Source: Macrostomum lignano (taxonomy: Eukaryota). From it: a DNA stretch of 64,000 nucleotides. Every line of letters begins with the position of its first letter. The stretch's first letter is position 1. A program made the translations under genes and the position numbers. The stretch is taken from the NCBI GenBank assembly GCA_002269645.1, contig NIVC01001876.1, positions 119,118 to 183,117 of the forward strand, written 5' to 3'. This document shows, piece after piece, positions 1-12,340 of this stretch. The notes beneath the pieces were generated by a model. The model made no database searches and had not been told where the DNA came from. It saw nothing but the letters and a program-made list of their open reading frames with translations.

Positions 1-1903
1 TCTACATCTTATTTTCTTACTCAGCAGTGTACTTAAAAGAGAAAGTATAGCATTAAATATCCTTACCTTTCAAATTAATAGCAACAAATTGAAAATGAAT
101 ATACCAAGTGGTGTCCAAAGCTTGTTTTCCAGTAAAAATCAGTTGTTGCACTAAATAGTTACTGAAAAATGTAAATAAAATTATGGAGTAGGTACTTTAT
201 TTTTTTAAACAAAATGTACATTAACAAAACATGGCTCAATAAAAAAGCAAATCTTACCAAAGTATTCCATTTATAAAAAATGAATAAATTGCAAATTGTG
301 TTGAAAATTATAATAAACAATAGGCCTAATTATTATAGATTATGAGATATTACCAAGTAGACTTTTATGAGTAAATAGATTTAATTTTAACAATTATAGA
401 AAATATGATAAAATGAAAAATTAATCAAAATGAAGAGCTAATAAAATAACTAGCTATTTATCTCATTAAATTAGATAGAGCTTTAATAAAATCTAGTATG
501 CAGATATAGACTTGATCACAATTGTCAAGTGCAATTCAGTGGCTAAGTCAGTAGTTTTATGGCTATGACAAAGCTAAAGGCAATAGCAGTTGCCAGGCAG
601 TAACATTGAACTGGCAATATAAGTCGATTTTTATAGAGCTCAATTAATGTTATATTTATTATTTAATTATTAGTATTAGACAATATAAGTTGTAAGAAAT
701 GTGCAACAATACAAGTAATACAAATGTTTAAAAAGGAAAATGCCATGCTGAAACTTCATTGCCATACTAATATTTCCTATATAGACCCATTAAAAGTATT
801 CAACTTCTTGACTTGACTTGAGTAAAATGTCTTGACTGTCAAGTAGTTGAAAAAAATAGTTGATTACTCAACATGTAGAGTATTCTAAGTATTTGTTTGG
901 CTTCTGACTGGTATGTTAGAAATTTCCAGTGTACATGTAACCTTTAGAAGCATAGGAATTATATAATGAAATATAGATAATATTTTTATTATTGCCATGG
1001 CTATCCATAGTCTAGATCATGCTAAGTGCATTAGGCATAACTAGTTTTGTTTGTTAAATTATTTTTTTTATTTTCAGTTTCAAAAGAGAAATTCAATGGG
1101 AAGTGAAGCACAAAGCACTTATTTTGTATAGCTGTGCTCTTTTGTTCTTATTCTGCAAGTTTAGCCTCAAGCATCTTTGCACATACCATATTGCATCATA
1201 CAGCATTGTTAGAACTTAGGCCTAATAAATGCCTCAGCTGGTCTGGACTAACCATGCATAGCAGCAGCTTAGCAACACAAAGTCCCCTTGCTATTATTGC
1301 ACAACTCATGATTTATTCTCTATATTGCCAGTTTGCATAATCGCAATATAAAATCTAGGCTAGAATTTGCAATAAATGACATTTATTACATTGCAACAAT
1401 AAATGACCTTTTTGTTATGTATATATGACCTTTATGGCAGATAATTTGTATAATTATTTAAAAACAAATTTTTCAATATATTTCCATTTAACTTTTTTGT
1501 GTGATTCTATTATTTATAAAAAGCACTATACTAAGTATGAATGCATACTATTTTCTTAGGAGCCATGCATGCCAACTGTGGATACCTAAGCCTTTAATAG
1601 AGATTTTTTAAGATTTCAAGGCTACATGTAGCTTATAAAAAAAATATGAATTGCATTTCTTTGGCTCTCCAACGCGGGGGCATAGATTGCTAGTGGATAC
1701 CTAAGCCCCTAATTTTTGGCATACAAGGCTAATGCACTCCCAATTTTTTGGGCATATAGTATATGATCTAGAATGTGGATAGTCATAGGATGGGACCATA
1801 GTGGCATAGGCATAGGGGGAGGGAGATTGGGAGAAGGCTATTACATAGGAATAATAAGTAATGCTTGAACTATAATTTTTAAATAGGCCTAGGCCTGGCA
1901 CAT

Positions 1904-2484
1904 GACCAAGATGGCCACATACCAAGATAGCCATAGCTCTAAATGTTTAAATAGATAATAATAAGGCTAGGTCTATATATTTTACTTATTTCCATTTGGT
2001 AGTAATTAGGGAAATAGATGTTATAATAGAATTTTATTACATTATAATTATTTCTTTTGGCCTTAGCTTTTATTATAGCCTAACCTAGGGGCTTATAGAT
2101 ATTTATCTACTACATAAGGGCAATAAGGCAATACATTATACATAAGGCACTACATAAAGGAAAGCAAGCTAAATAAACCTTATTGCATATTTATCCCATT
2201 TTTTACATAGCTAGCATTATCACTAAAAATGGTTTCTTGATAAACTGATAGTGATAAGATTTGATAGATGTAATGGTAGAAAATAAATTGGCACAAACAC
2301 TAAAAAAGATTATTAAAGTTTTTGTAATAGGTAAAAGGCCTAATTAGTTTCAAATTTACTATTATATTAGTATTTATGAATATGATTGGTTAAACGTAAT
2401 AATTATTATAAATATAACAATAGCTAATTATGTTGCTAATTAATGATAATGTTGTGGCCATCTTGGTATGTGACCATCTTGGTC
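1904..2484. mobile_element. Old MITE-like element defined by a ~32-bp inverted repeat
   Basis: GACCAAGATGGCCACATACCAAGATAGCCA (1904-1933) is the near reverse complement of TGTGGCCATCTTGGTATGTGACCATCTTGGTC (2453-2484). The interior is AT-rich and non-coding. No TSD was resolved. Confidence 0.5.
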
Positions 2485-3795
2485 TTATACCCTAGGCCCT
2501 ATATCAAAATAAATGGGCCTATATATTTGACCTAGGCTAGATGGCTTGAAAAATTTGTTATCCACATTAGATTTTTTTTAATAGTAATAAGTTGGCTTAG
2601 GCAAGAAGCCTGTTTGGCCAATATATTTCTGTATATTTTAAGATTATTTCAGGAATAGAAGGCAATATTCTAGCATTAGTTATTTACTACAATTACAAAG
2701 TACGAGTTTTTTGCAATATGGTATTTGAAATAATGCGTAAATTTTGTTGACAAAACTTTGGACAACTAACGAGATGAAAGAAAAAGCAGGGAGTTAAAAA
2801 GTATTGCATGAAATTTATGTATGGAGTTAGCGATATTGAGCAAAACAGTTTAGCCTATAGGTTAGGCTATAAAAATAAGTTATACAGTAGATATTAATCA
2901 GGTGATAACAAAATTGTATAAAATATAATATTTGAAAGAGTGTATAGGATTTTTTTGCGGTTTTTATTTTTATGAAAAAATATTGAGTAAAAGGATTGCT
3001 TAAAATATTTGGCAATAATTGTATACATATAAATATACTGTTTGGAGGCCTAAAAAGGACAAAAACTCAGCAACTTTTGATATCTAACGACTTATTATGG
3101 TCTAATGTTCATTAAATAGAATTTTTTTCTATAGAAATAGAGACTTTTCTGCAGAAATGCGCCAAGAACCTGTACCAAGGATGTGAATTGTGATGGTGGG
3201 ACTAAGAAGCGGACTCAGTACTTTGTACTGCTATACCTGTATATAAACATGTTATATGTTTTAGGTAAATAAATTTAACTGAAAATTAGATGAAACACAA
3301 AATAGTACATTTATAAAAGAGTGGTAAAGCCAAGGGAACCCTCTTTATATTTATAACGGTTTTTTTCAGAATTTTCTCATCTTTCTAACTTACTAAATTA
3401 AAAGATCAATTAAAACAGAACAAATTTGTCATTGTCATAAAGTTCCTATCCTTGTTTTGCATTTTAAAATTTAAAAGGTTTATCGGCTAGGACCGCTAGG
3501 TATATTGGGTAGGTTTATCGGCTAGGTTATACAGGGTTACGATCGTTTCGGCGAAATGACTGGTACCCGTCATACATACGCCTACCACTATTTGACTTTG
3601 TTTTAGTTTTAGTCCAGGTCCAGACCAAAAGTCTAATCTAAAATATATGCAAGATAATGGGCAACGAGTGAGTTATTATTAAACAGTTTCACACTGATAT
3701 TTTTTTTACTACGCTCAGCTGTAATAAAAATTGTAGTAGCTCGTAAAGAATTTAATGCCAAACTACACCGTAAGAGTCCGAAATGTTCAATATCT

Positions 3796-4247
3796 GGGGG
3801 GGGGGGGTTTCACAAACTCGAAATTTCACAACGTCGAAAGTAGGCCTACCTTCTTTCACAAGGTCGAAATTTAATAACATCGAAAACTCAAATAGCAGCC
3901 ACTTTCACAAGGTCGAAACTTCACAAGGTCGAAATTTCACAACATCGAAAACTTTAGCAAGAGACTTCATAAGGTCGAAATTTCACAACGTAGAAAACTA
4001 CTGTATGGTTCTTGATAGATAAAATTTTCGACTTTGTGAAATTTCGAGCTTATGAAGTTTCGATCTTGTGAAAGTGGCTGCACTTGAGTTTTTGATGTTA
4101 TGAAATTTCGACCTTGTGAAATTTCGACCTTATGAAATCTCTTGCTAAAGTTTTCGATGTTGTGAAATTTCGACCTTGTGAAGTTTCGACCTTGTGAAAT
4201 AATTTACTTTTCGACGTTGTGAAATTTCGACCTTGTGAAAGCACCCC
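3796..4247. mobile_element. Foldback/MITE element built of TTTCACAAGGTCGAAA subrepeats
   Basis: The left arm (~3796-4010) has many TTTCACAA(G/C)(G/A)TCGAAA units. The right arm (~4020-4247) has the same units reverse-complemented. The termini are G-run/GGGGT and GCACCCC, with TCT on both flanks as a possible 3-bp TSD. Confidence 0.7.
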
Positions 4248-5384
4248 TCTGCATGTAGCGAAAATGAAAAGGGAAGTCATTTTAAACTTATACTTTTTAG
4301 TGGTTATTAGAACAAAAAAAATTGGGAAACTGTCTATAAAAGACAGTAAATAGAAGTTAAGACTTAATTTCTCTTAAAAATTTAAATATTTATAGCTTTT
4401 TTAAAGATACTGTTAGCAGAGCAGAATACGTTTTTAAACACCTTTCCAACAAATCATCATCACCGGGAAGAAACTTATTGGTTGGCTCCACCTTATATTA
4501 TATTATAGCCTAGATTATTCTATTCTGTTTTGATATAAGGAATCATTATGATCAAAAAATTTTGAAAAGGTTCTCCTGAAATTAAGCTTATATTTGATAA
4601 TTGACACCTATGCCTATGGCTATGTGGCTTGATGTTGTCTTGTCTTATGACATATCTGGGCAGTGGGGCGTGGGCTTGGCTGTAGCTTGGCCTTGGCCTA
4701 TATTTAAAAAAAGTAAATTTATATTATTTTTAGTTAGGCCTACAGTAAAGTTACTAGCTAGACTGTTAGGCTAGTTAGCCACAAGCTATGCACAAATTTT
4801 GATTAATAATTGTTACATAATTAAAACCAGGCCTATTAGACTAGAGCCTATTGCTATTTTATTTATTAATGCGACATGTGCAACTTTTTAAAAAACTTGA
4901 AAAAACTTGAGGCCTATAAGGCCTATAATTAGAATACAGGCCTAAGAAAGCTATGGTTTATAGTTTTTATAGTTTATAGTAATTAAAATAGTTTTTTTAA
5001 CTACAGGCCTACATTGTCATTAGGCCTAGGCCTACATCATTTAATATATTATATCTTCCATGCCCCCCCCTTAGGCCTAGCCTAGCCTAACCCAATGCCC
5101 TTGAATTATTCATTAGGCCTAGTAGGCCCTATATATAGGCTTAGCCTTAGGCCTATCTATTTATATTGTAGATTTTTGGTTTATACATATACCTAAAAGC
5201 ATGCATTTCCTTTGCTTTTGCTTTACTTTGCTCTATTTTGCTTTCTTAATTTAATCAATCATCTAGGGCCCATGTTATTATTCTAGGCCTATGGTCGTAA
5301 TATTGTATAGAATACTTTTAGACCCCTAGGCGAAAATTCAATAAAAATGTGTCCGGCGTACACAGAAAACCTATATGGTATGCC

Positions 5385-5500
5385 AGATGGCACACATTTT
5401 TTCTGCTCTCACTGTGCGCCATGTGCGCCAGACAACACACAAAAAAATTTTTTGCTCTCACTGTGCGCCGTGTGTGCCAGAAAATTATTTTATGTGTGCC
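5385..5500. repeat. Short direct repeat (GCTCTCACTGTGCGCC(A/G)TGTG(C/T)GCCAGA, two copies)
   Basis: Two ~30-bp copies at ~5405 and ~5454 in a locally GC/CpG-richer patch. Confidence 0.6.
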
Positions 5501-5835
5501 GCAATTTTGTGTGGAATTTACCACCTTCCTGACTGTGGCCTAGGCCTAACTCCTAAATCCTTAAGAATGTCCTAACTCTTAGCTCCTAGATGGTTGGCTT
5601 TTCTGTCTATTCTGTACTTTTAAATCAAAATGGTAGGGCCTAGCCTAGCCTAGTAGTATACTAATAAAGCTAATAAAGGCCTAAAGCTAGTACTAGTTAC
5701 TAGTAGTAGTCGTATGACTAAAAATTGTAAAAGGCTTTTTTAAATATATAGTAGAAGATCCCTAGGTGAATTTAAGAGATCTCACTAAGGTCCCCATTAG
5801 AATAAATTTTCAAAGTTCATTGATATATACCAAGT

Positions 5836-7741
5836 GGCATTCTTTTGGATGACGATCACCTGAAAAGTGACGATCACCAATGTAAAAGTTCTGGGTAATT
5901 AAAATTGAAAGTAAGAAAGCGAATCAAACAAATTGTCCAGAAATTAAAAAACCCAACATTGGGGCTATCAGTCATGAATCGTGTATTTCGTAGTAACCGC
6001 CACGTGTATTAAATCAATTTCGGATGGAATGATCGACTTCTGAAACTACAGCTTAGCAATTCTAGAAAAAAATTAGTGTCTCAAAGTTTAACATCTAGTG
6101 AACGTAAGTCAGTTTTGGAAGATGATCATTTTAATATGAAGGTAGCCCTGAAATGATCGCGTTCCGAAAGTACAGAGTTTTTATTGTCTTAGGAGCAGTA
6201 ATCATTTCATTCAACAGACAGAAGTTCAAAGTTGAGGCCAAAGAGGTGCTCATCCGAAACCCGTGGAGCACCATCCAAGGGATAGACGTGCTTTAAGTCC
6301 TGGAAGAACTCATGGACGAACTGTTTCATTTCTTTGTTACAGTAAGAGCGGTACATTAGCTCGACTAGGTATGAAGCGAAGTGTAGTGCGCTAGTTCCAC
6401 GCATGTTCTTAAATTTGGCTTTTGCAGTACCCCAAAAGCCCTCAATGCGATTTGTGTGTACGTCTTTCTTCTCGCCATTTCGTTCAATAGTTGTCTTAAA
6501 GTGCTCTTTGTGGCAGACAACCCAGTGACTGTAACCCATGTGTTCCAAGTCAAGGTAAGCAGACCAGCCGTCGCTGAATACAGTCGTTCTGGGGAGAATG
6601 AACTTCTCAATTAAAGGTAGAAGAGTTTCTTTTGACCTGTTTTCAACAGGCCAAATGACAGTACGGCCATCGTGTCTGTCTGTCATGCCGAAAATCCAAA
6701 TTTGTTGGCCCAGTTTCGCACCTCGGTTATATTTCATCTTTCGGCCAAAGAGGGACTCATCTATTTCAACGATGTGTCCGACACCGCCAAGAGAGATCGT
6801 ATCTCGACGTGTCTTGAACCATTCACACATTACGTCTCGAATGAAGTGGCCCCATTGCACGGCTGCCTCCGCTTCAATGCCGTACATGGCGCGCAGTGAA
6901 CTGTGGGTTATAATATGGATGAACCCCCCTCAGTTTCGGAAGGCGATCATTCTTAATGTAATTTGTACATTGTAATGATCGTCAACCAAAAGTACATGGC
7001 TTACCTTTGTGGAGTGTTCAGAAGATAACCAATACAGTACCCAATGATGTCCATTGGATTCAGTTTAGAATTCTCAAAAAAAGTTCCCCTTCTAATGGAG
7101 ACTTTTTTCATATGCTCCAAATGGCAAACCAGCTCCCTTCTTGCACCAGAACACGACGCCGTCTGTCGAATTATGGGCCTTGACAATGTTCATTGACAAT
7201 GCACAAATAGGGCAGGGCATGGTTTCCGGAAGCAGTCCTACTCTTTGAAGAAGGCCAATCCAGTTTTCAGCTATAATAAAGCGCCATGACATGGGACACA
7301 CCAGTTCCTCGATATGCTCCAGTGGCTTCAAATCAACAAACAAGCCAGCACATTCAATTTTCCGTTCTTTGGCAGGTTTTGAGCATGCCATAGTGAGTGC
7401 TACTGAAATATGAGAAAGAAAAGCTGTAGTTTTGGATCACAATCATTTGTATTCAAAAGTATCATTGAAATGATTGCATTCCGAAACTGATTATATACAC
7501 GTCCATGACAGAAATAATGCTATTGATGTTGCTGGTTTTAAATTGGAAAGTTTCTCTGTTTTTCTGTAGTTTCGGATCGCGATCCTTTCTATTCAAAACT
7601 TATATTGAAATGATCGCCTTCCAAAACTAATTATATAGTTGCCATTTTACCATGATTTCTACAGCACAGTATACCATTTTCATAGGTTATTGTCAACCGA
7701 AACTTGTAAGAAACGGAATGATCGTCATCCGAAAGAATGCC
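5836..7741 (-). mobile_element. Merlin-superfamily DNA transposon (eukaryotic IS1595/ISXO2-like), full length
   Basis: The left TIR GGCATTCTTTTGGATGACGATCA (5836-5858) matches the right TIR TGATCGTCATCCGAAAGAATGCC (7719-7741). An identical 8-bp TSD TACCAAGT lies at 5828-5835 and 7742-7749. GG termini and 8-bp TSDs are established Merlin hallmarks. Confidence 0.95.
6207..7391 (-). CDS. Merlin/ISXO2-like DDE transposase, 2 exons (7391-7005, 6900-6207), with a +1 frameshift near 7135
   Basis: The N-terminus has a Zn-ribbon (CPIC...FWC) and KVSIRRGTFFENSKL. The catalytic part has VEIDES, VFSDGWSAY, VCHKEHF and HTNRIEGFWG. A GT-AG intron at 7004-6901 joins ...NTPQ-S-SLRAMYG in frame. ORF 7391-7092 and ORF 7186-7001 are offset by +1. 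Confidence 0.9.
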
Positions 7742-10431
7742 TACCAAGTATCACAAACTTTGTACACCAAGTGCCCTAAGCATGATGACATATTGTATTT
7801 CATTGACATCTTTGCTCATTGAACATTTCTATATCCCATCTAAGAAGCAAATAAATAGGTAGGCCTAAATATCAAAAGTAACTATTATCAAGTTGTTTTA
7901 TCATTTATCATTTATCATTTATCATTTATGTTTATCTAGTTACTAGTTTTAATAAATAGATAATAAGATTAAAATTAACTAAAATTGACTTGCTTTAGCT
8001 GTCTACCCTTTCCTTATCATCTTATAAGTTTTAGGCCCTTATTAATACAGCTAATAAGTAGTTTACTTTTTTGTTTTTCACCTAGCAAAAATTTGCAAAG
8101 AATATAGAATTTTGCATGTCCTCTTACCTTGGCTTGCAGACTAGCTATTATTAAAATTTTCTCAAACTAAAACTACTATGACAAATTGGCAGCTTTTCAA
8201 TTTTATGTAGATAATAAAAGCTTTTGGCAATTTTTTGTGCAGCTAGAAATAAAGAATAGGGAGAAGTTGTTAGGAGTTTGCCATTCAAGATTAAATTGTG
8301 AGAGTGCATATTCTATAGAATGAATTTCATTTCTAGCTCCTAACTCCTAATTAAGATTTTAAGGTCAAATTATAGTCCTAAGTTAATAGGAGTGTCATTG
8401 TTGTCATGTTTTGCCTCTACCCCTTGTCCCTTACTTTTCCATATTCCATATTCTTGTATGCCTGTTTCAACAAACATGGTTTATAATAAAATATCAAAAA
8501 TCATCTTAGGTTTCTACATGTATTATTTTCTATGTAAAAAATTGACTCTATTTGGCTAAATATAATAATGACTAATTTTATAGTCTAACAATACCTTTCT
8601 TATGTAATATTTCTTATGAGTATTAGTTATTATCAAATGAGAGCAAATATTTACAATATAAGTTATCCATTTTTTAGTCTAGTCTTTCAACTAATTAAAT
8701 GTGCTCCCTTTTGCTTCTAACTAAATGGTGCAAGTTTGTAGTCTAATATAGTTTTATTGCTTTAGCTTCCATTTTTACTAGGTAATAATTTAATAGAACT
8801 TGAGCTGTATATTGTCAAATTATGCCTAGAATTACTCCTTAGTATGCATACATTTAAGAGCTAAATATAGCACATAGAAATACTAAAACCTAATAACCCT
8901 AGCCACTAATGCCTTTACCCTGAATATTTTATACTAGACAAGTAGACAGCTTTTAAATTATAGATATCAACAAAAGTCTTAGTTGACTATAATTTATTTA
9001 TAGAGATACTGATTTAATTGATAAATTACAGATTGAAGGAGATGATATTGATAGATAAAAGTTTAATATAGCAGATTTTAATGGATTTTATTTAGTTTTA
9101 TAAAAAAATTATACATTTCTTTCTTTCATAGAGAGTTTGTTTTAATAAATGTCAGTTTCTATAAAAATATTTAATATATATACTAATTTAATGAGATGAT
9201 TTTAATAGATCTATATCTATTTAATTGAAAGTATTTTGATGGATTTCTGTTTCACAAAGAGGGTTTTGATTGTTTTCAGTTTCATTAATAAAAAAAAGTT
9301 TTGATAGTTTTTAGTGTCATTATAAATAAAATGATTTCACAGACTTTAGTTTCACTGAAAAGAAATCTATAGATTGCAGTTCAACCAAAATGAAATTGTT
9401 AGACTGCAGTTTTACCTCAGTTCTAGTGTTCAACATTAATATCAATTTCTATAGATTCTCTAACAGAGGAATGTGACTCATTCTAGTATATTATATAGAT
9501 TGCCCATCAGCATTTCTAGCAAATTTGTCTATGGTATAGTAGTATTCATTTTAGTGTTCTACTATAAGGGGAGTCCATGTGCCATAGCCATAGCCATGAG
9601 CAAAACTACAGCTTATTCCAATTCTCTGTATTCTATAGCCGTAGGGACCCTAATATTACCATATTCCCATAGTTCCCATAGCCATAGTTTTAGCAAAAAG
9701 TCTAGGAAACAAAATATTTTGAATCAAGAAAATAGCCTAGTGCTTAAACAACTGTAAATTAAGGTAGAAAATAAAATAAACATACGATTGACTTTGTAAG
9801 ATTATATTTCATCCTTTTACCTTTTTATAGAGTAACAATACTTAATCACTACTGAAAGTACTAATGCTAAACTTTTTCACATTAGTAAAAGTTAAAGTTT
9901 GCTAGCGTTTTATTGTACTTTAATAAAATAAAATTATAAGGTATAATCTATAAGTTTCCAAGTCTATAATATAGTTTAATGAAGTATCTTTGTTTTACTC
10001 GACATGTTTCTAATATATTTTTTAAATTAATAACTATGGCTATAGGAATCTATGGAATGTGACAACAACTACCATATTTCTGTAGTTGTATCTGTAAGAG
10101 CAGCTATCTACCGTAGGCAAATCCATAGTTGCCATAGGCACCTATTTACCATATTTTACCATAGTTGGCTATTTTACCATAATAAAAGAGGAAGACAGTA
10201 AAAGCAATATAAAAGACCCAACAAGATGTTTTGAGATAGGCTTGTTAATTTTTATTGAATAACATAGGTGTAGTTACTTTTTTGTTGCACCATACATCAA
10301 CTTAGTATTGTAGGAATATAAAACATTTTGTCTTGATTCCAGTAGTGTATTTTTAGCTACTATGGAATATTCATTTTCAACAATTTTTAGCTAAATATTT
10401 TGTTTAATTATATTATGATAGCTATACAAGC

Positions 10432-12304
10432 ATGGACCCAGCTCTGCTTCGGGAACGCAAGAAGTTTGCCAAACAAATGGCAGCTTCTACTGAGAGCGCA
10501 TTGGCTGCTGCTAAGCAAGCAAAAGCAGCGGCTGCTGCTGCTGCAGCTTCTGCTGCCTCCTCTTCGGCTGCTTCTCAAAATCAGCAGCACCGTCATCAGC
10601 CAAGCTTCTTCCATCAGCCGCATCAGCAGCAACAACAGCATCATCATCCGCAAGTGCAAGGCGTCAGGTTCAACGCACTGTCGCGTATTATTCGACACAT
10701 GAAAAGCCGACACATTGAAGGACAAAGACATCCATTAACATTAGAAGAGATACTTGAAGAGACTAAACAGGAGGATCTGCCTCAGGTTGGTTGGCTAAAC
10801 GGCAATATTTTAATTCTCTTAACTTCTTCGCCAGCTACAGAAGGGCTCCTGCTACAGAGAGGGGGCGCCAGCCACAGAGAGGGGGCACCAGCCACAGAGG
10901 GGGCGCCAGCTACAGAGGGGGCACCAGCTACAGAGAGGGCGCCAGCTACAGAGAGGGCGCCAGCTACAGGAGGGGCTCCTACTACAGAGAGGGGGCGCCA
11001 GCTACAAAAAAAGGGCGCCAGCCACAGAGAGGGGGCGCCAGTCACAGAGGGGCGCCAGCTACAGAGAGGGCGACAGCTACAGAGGGGGCGCCAGCTACAG
11101 AGGGGGCACCAGCTACAGAGGGGCGCCAGCTACAGAGGGGGCGCCAGCTACAGAGGGGGCACCAGCTACAGAGGGGGCGCCAGTCACAGAGGGGCGCCAG
11201 CTACAGAGAGGGCGACAGCTACAGAGGGGGCACCAGCTACAGAGGGGGCGCCAGCTACAGAGGGGGCACCAGCTACAGAGGGGGCACCAGCTACAGAGAG
11301 GGCGCCAGCTACAGAGAGGGCGCCAGCTACAGGAGGGGCTCCTACTACAGAGAGGGGGCGCCAGCTACAAAAAAGGGCGCCAGCCACAGAGAGGGGGCGC
11401 CAGTCACAGAGGGGCGCCAGCTACAGAGAGGGCGACAGCTACAGGTCTCTACTACCTACTGAATTAATTACTTGAGCGTTGAGCTTGAAATTAAGTAGCA
11501 TTCAATTTATGCTTGTGATGCTTCTGTGTTGCTAAGCTGAAAGTGAATTTCCCTAGAGTCTTGTTAGCCCTAGAGAGACATTCTATTTGAAGACATTAGG
11601 TATATTGAATACCTGTTTCAAGTAAATAATGGATTTAATTATAACTCAATCCATTCGGCAGTCTGTGAAGATCTGGCTAGGCCAAGAAGCCCTGCCCCAG
11701 AATCCTAAGCTGACTATGCAGCAGGATGGCGCCAGGCGAGCCTATATATTCAAGCCTATTTACGATTTTCGTAGCGGCCGTAATGGTGCCAAAGATCTGC
11801 TTAAACTGCTCAAACAGTTCGACGAGGTAAGTTATTTGGTTATTGAATACTTGGACTGAATGCACTAAACTAAAATGGCCAAAATGATGCTTAACAACAT
11901 GTTAGACTTCTGAACGTCTCTTGAACGAAAGCAAAACTTCTGATTTGGCCTAATATTGAATAGTTGTATTATATTCATTAGTATATGTAAACTGGCAATG
12001 ATGCTTTCACACATGTTAGACTGCCGATATGTGCATTTTATTTGCACAGTAAAATGAAGTGACCGTTATTTACTGAGTCAGTTTTTACTACTGTCGCATG
12101 CATGCGAAACCTTGGGAATCACTCGGCCGTTTCTATTGGCAACACACACATGTAAGTCGCTATTGGCTGAGAGCAGTCACGTGACTACTATTCTGTCCAA
12201 TAGCGACTATAGAAACGGCCGGGTGAATCCCTAGGTTGCGCCCAAGCATGACTACTGGTGTCTTTTATGCCTGTCTGTCTGTCTGTCTGTCTGCTTGTCA
12301 GTCA

Positions 12305-12340
<36 letters not shown>

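Noticed and set aside
5836-7741. Bacterial IS1595 contamination or recent horizontal transfer
   Set aside because: It has a spliceosomal GT-AG intron and a TSD continuous with host-like flanks, which fits a eukaryotic Merlin.
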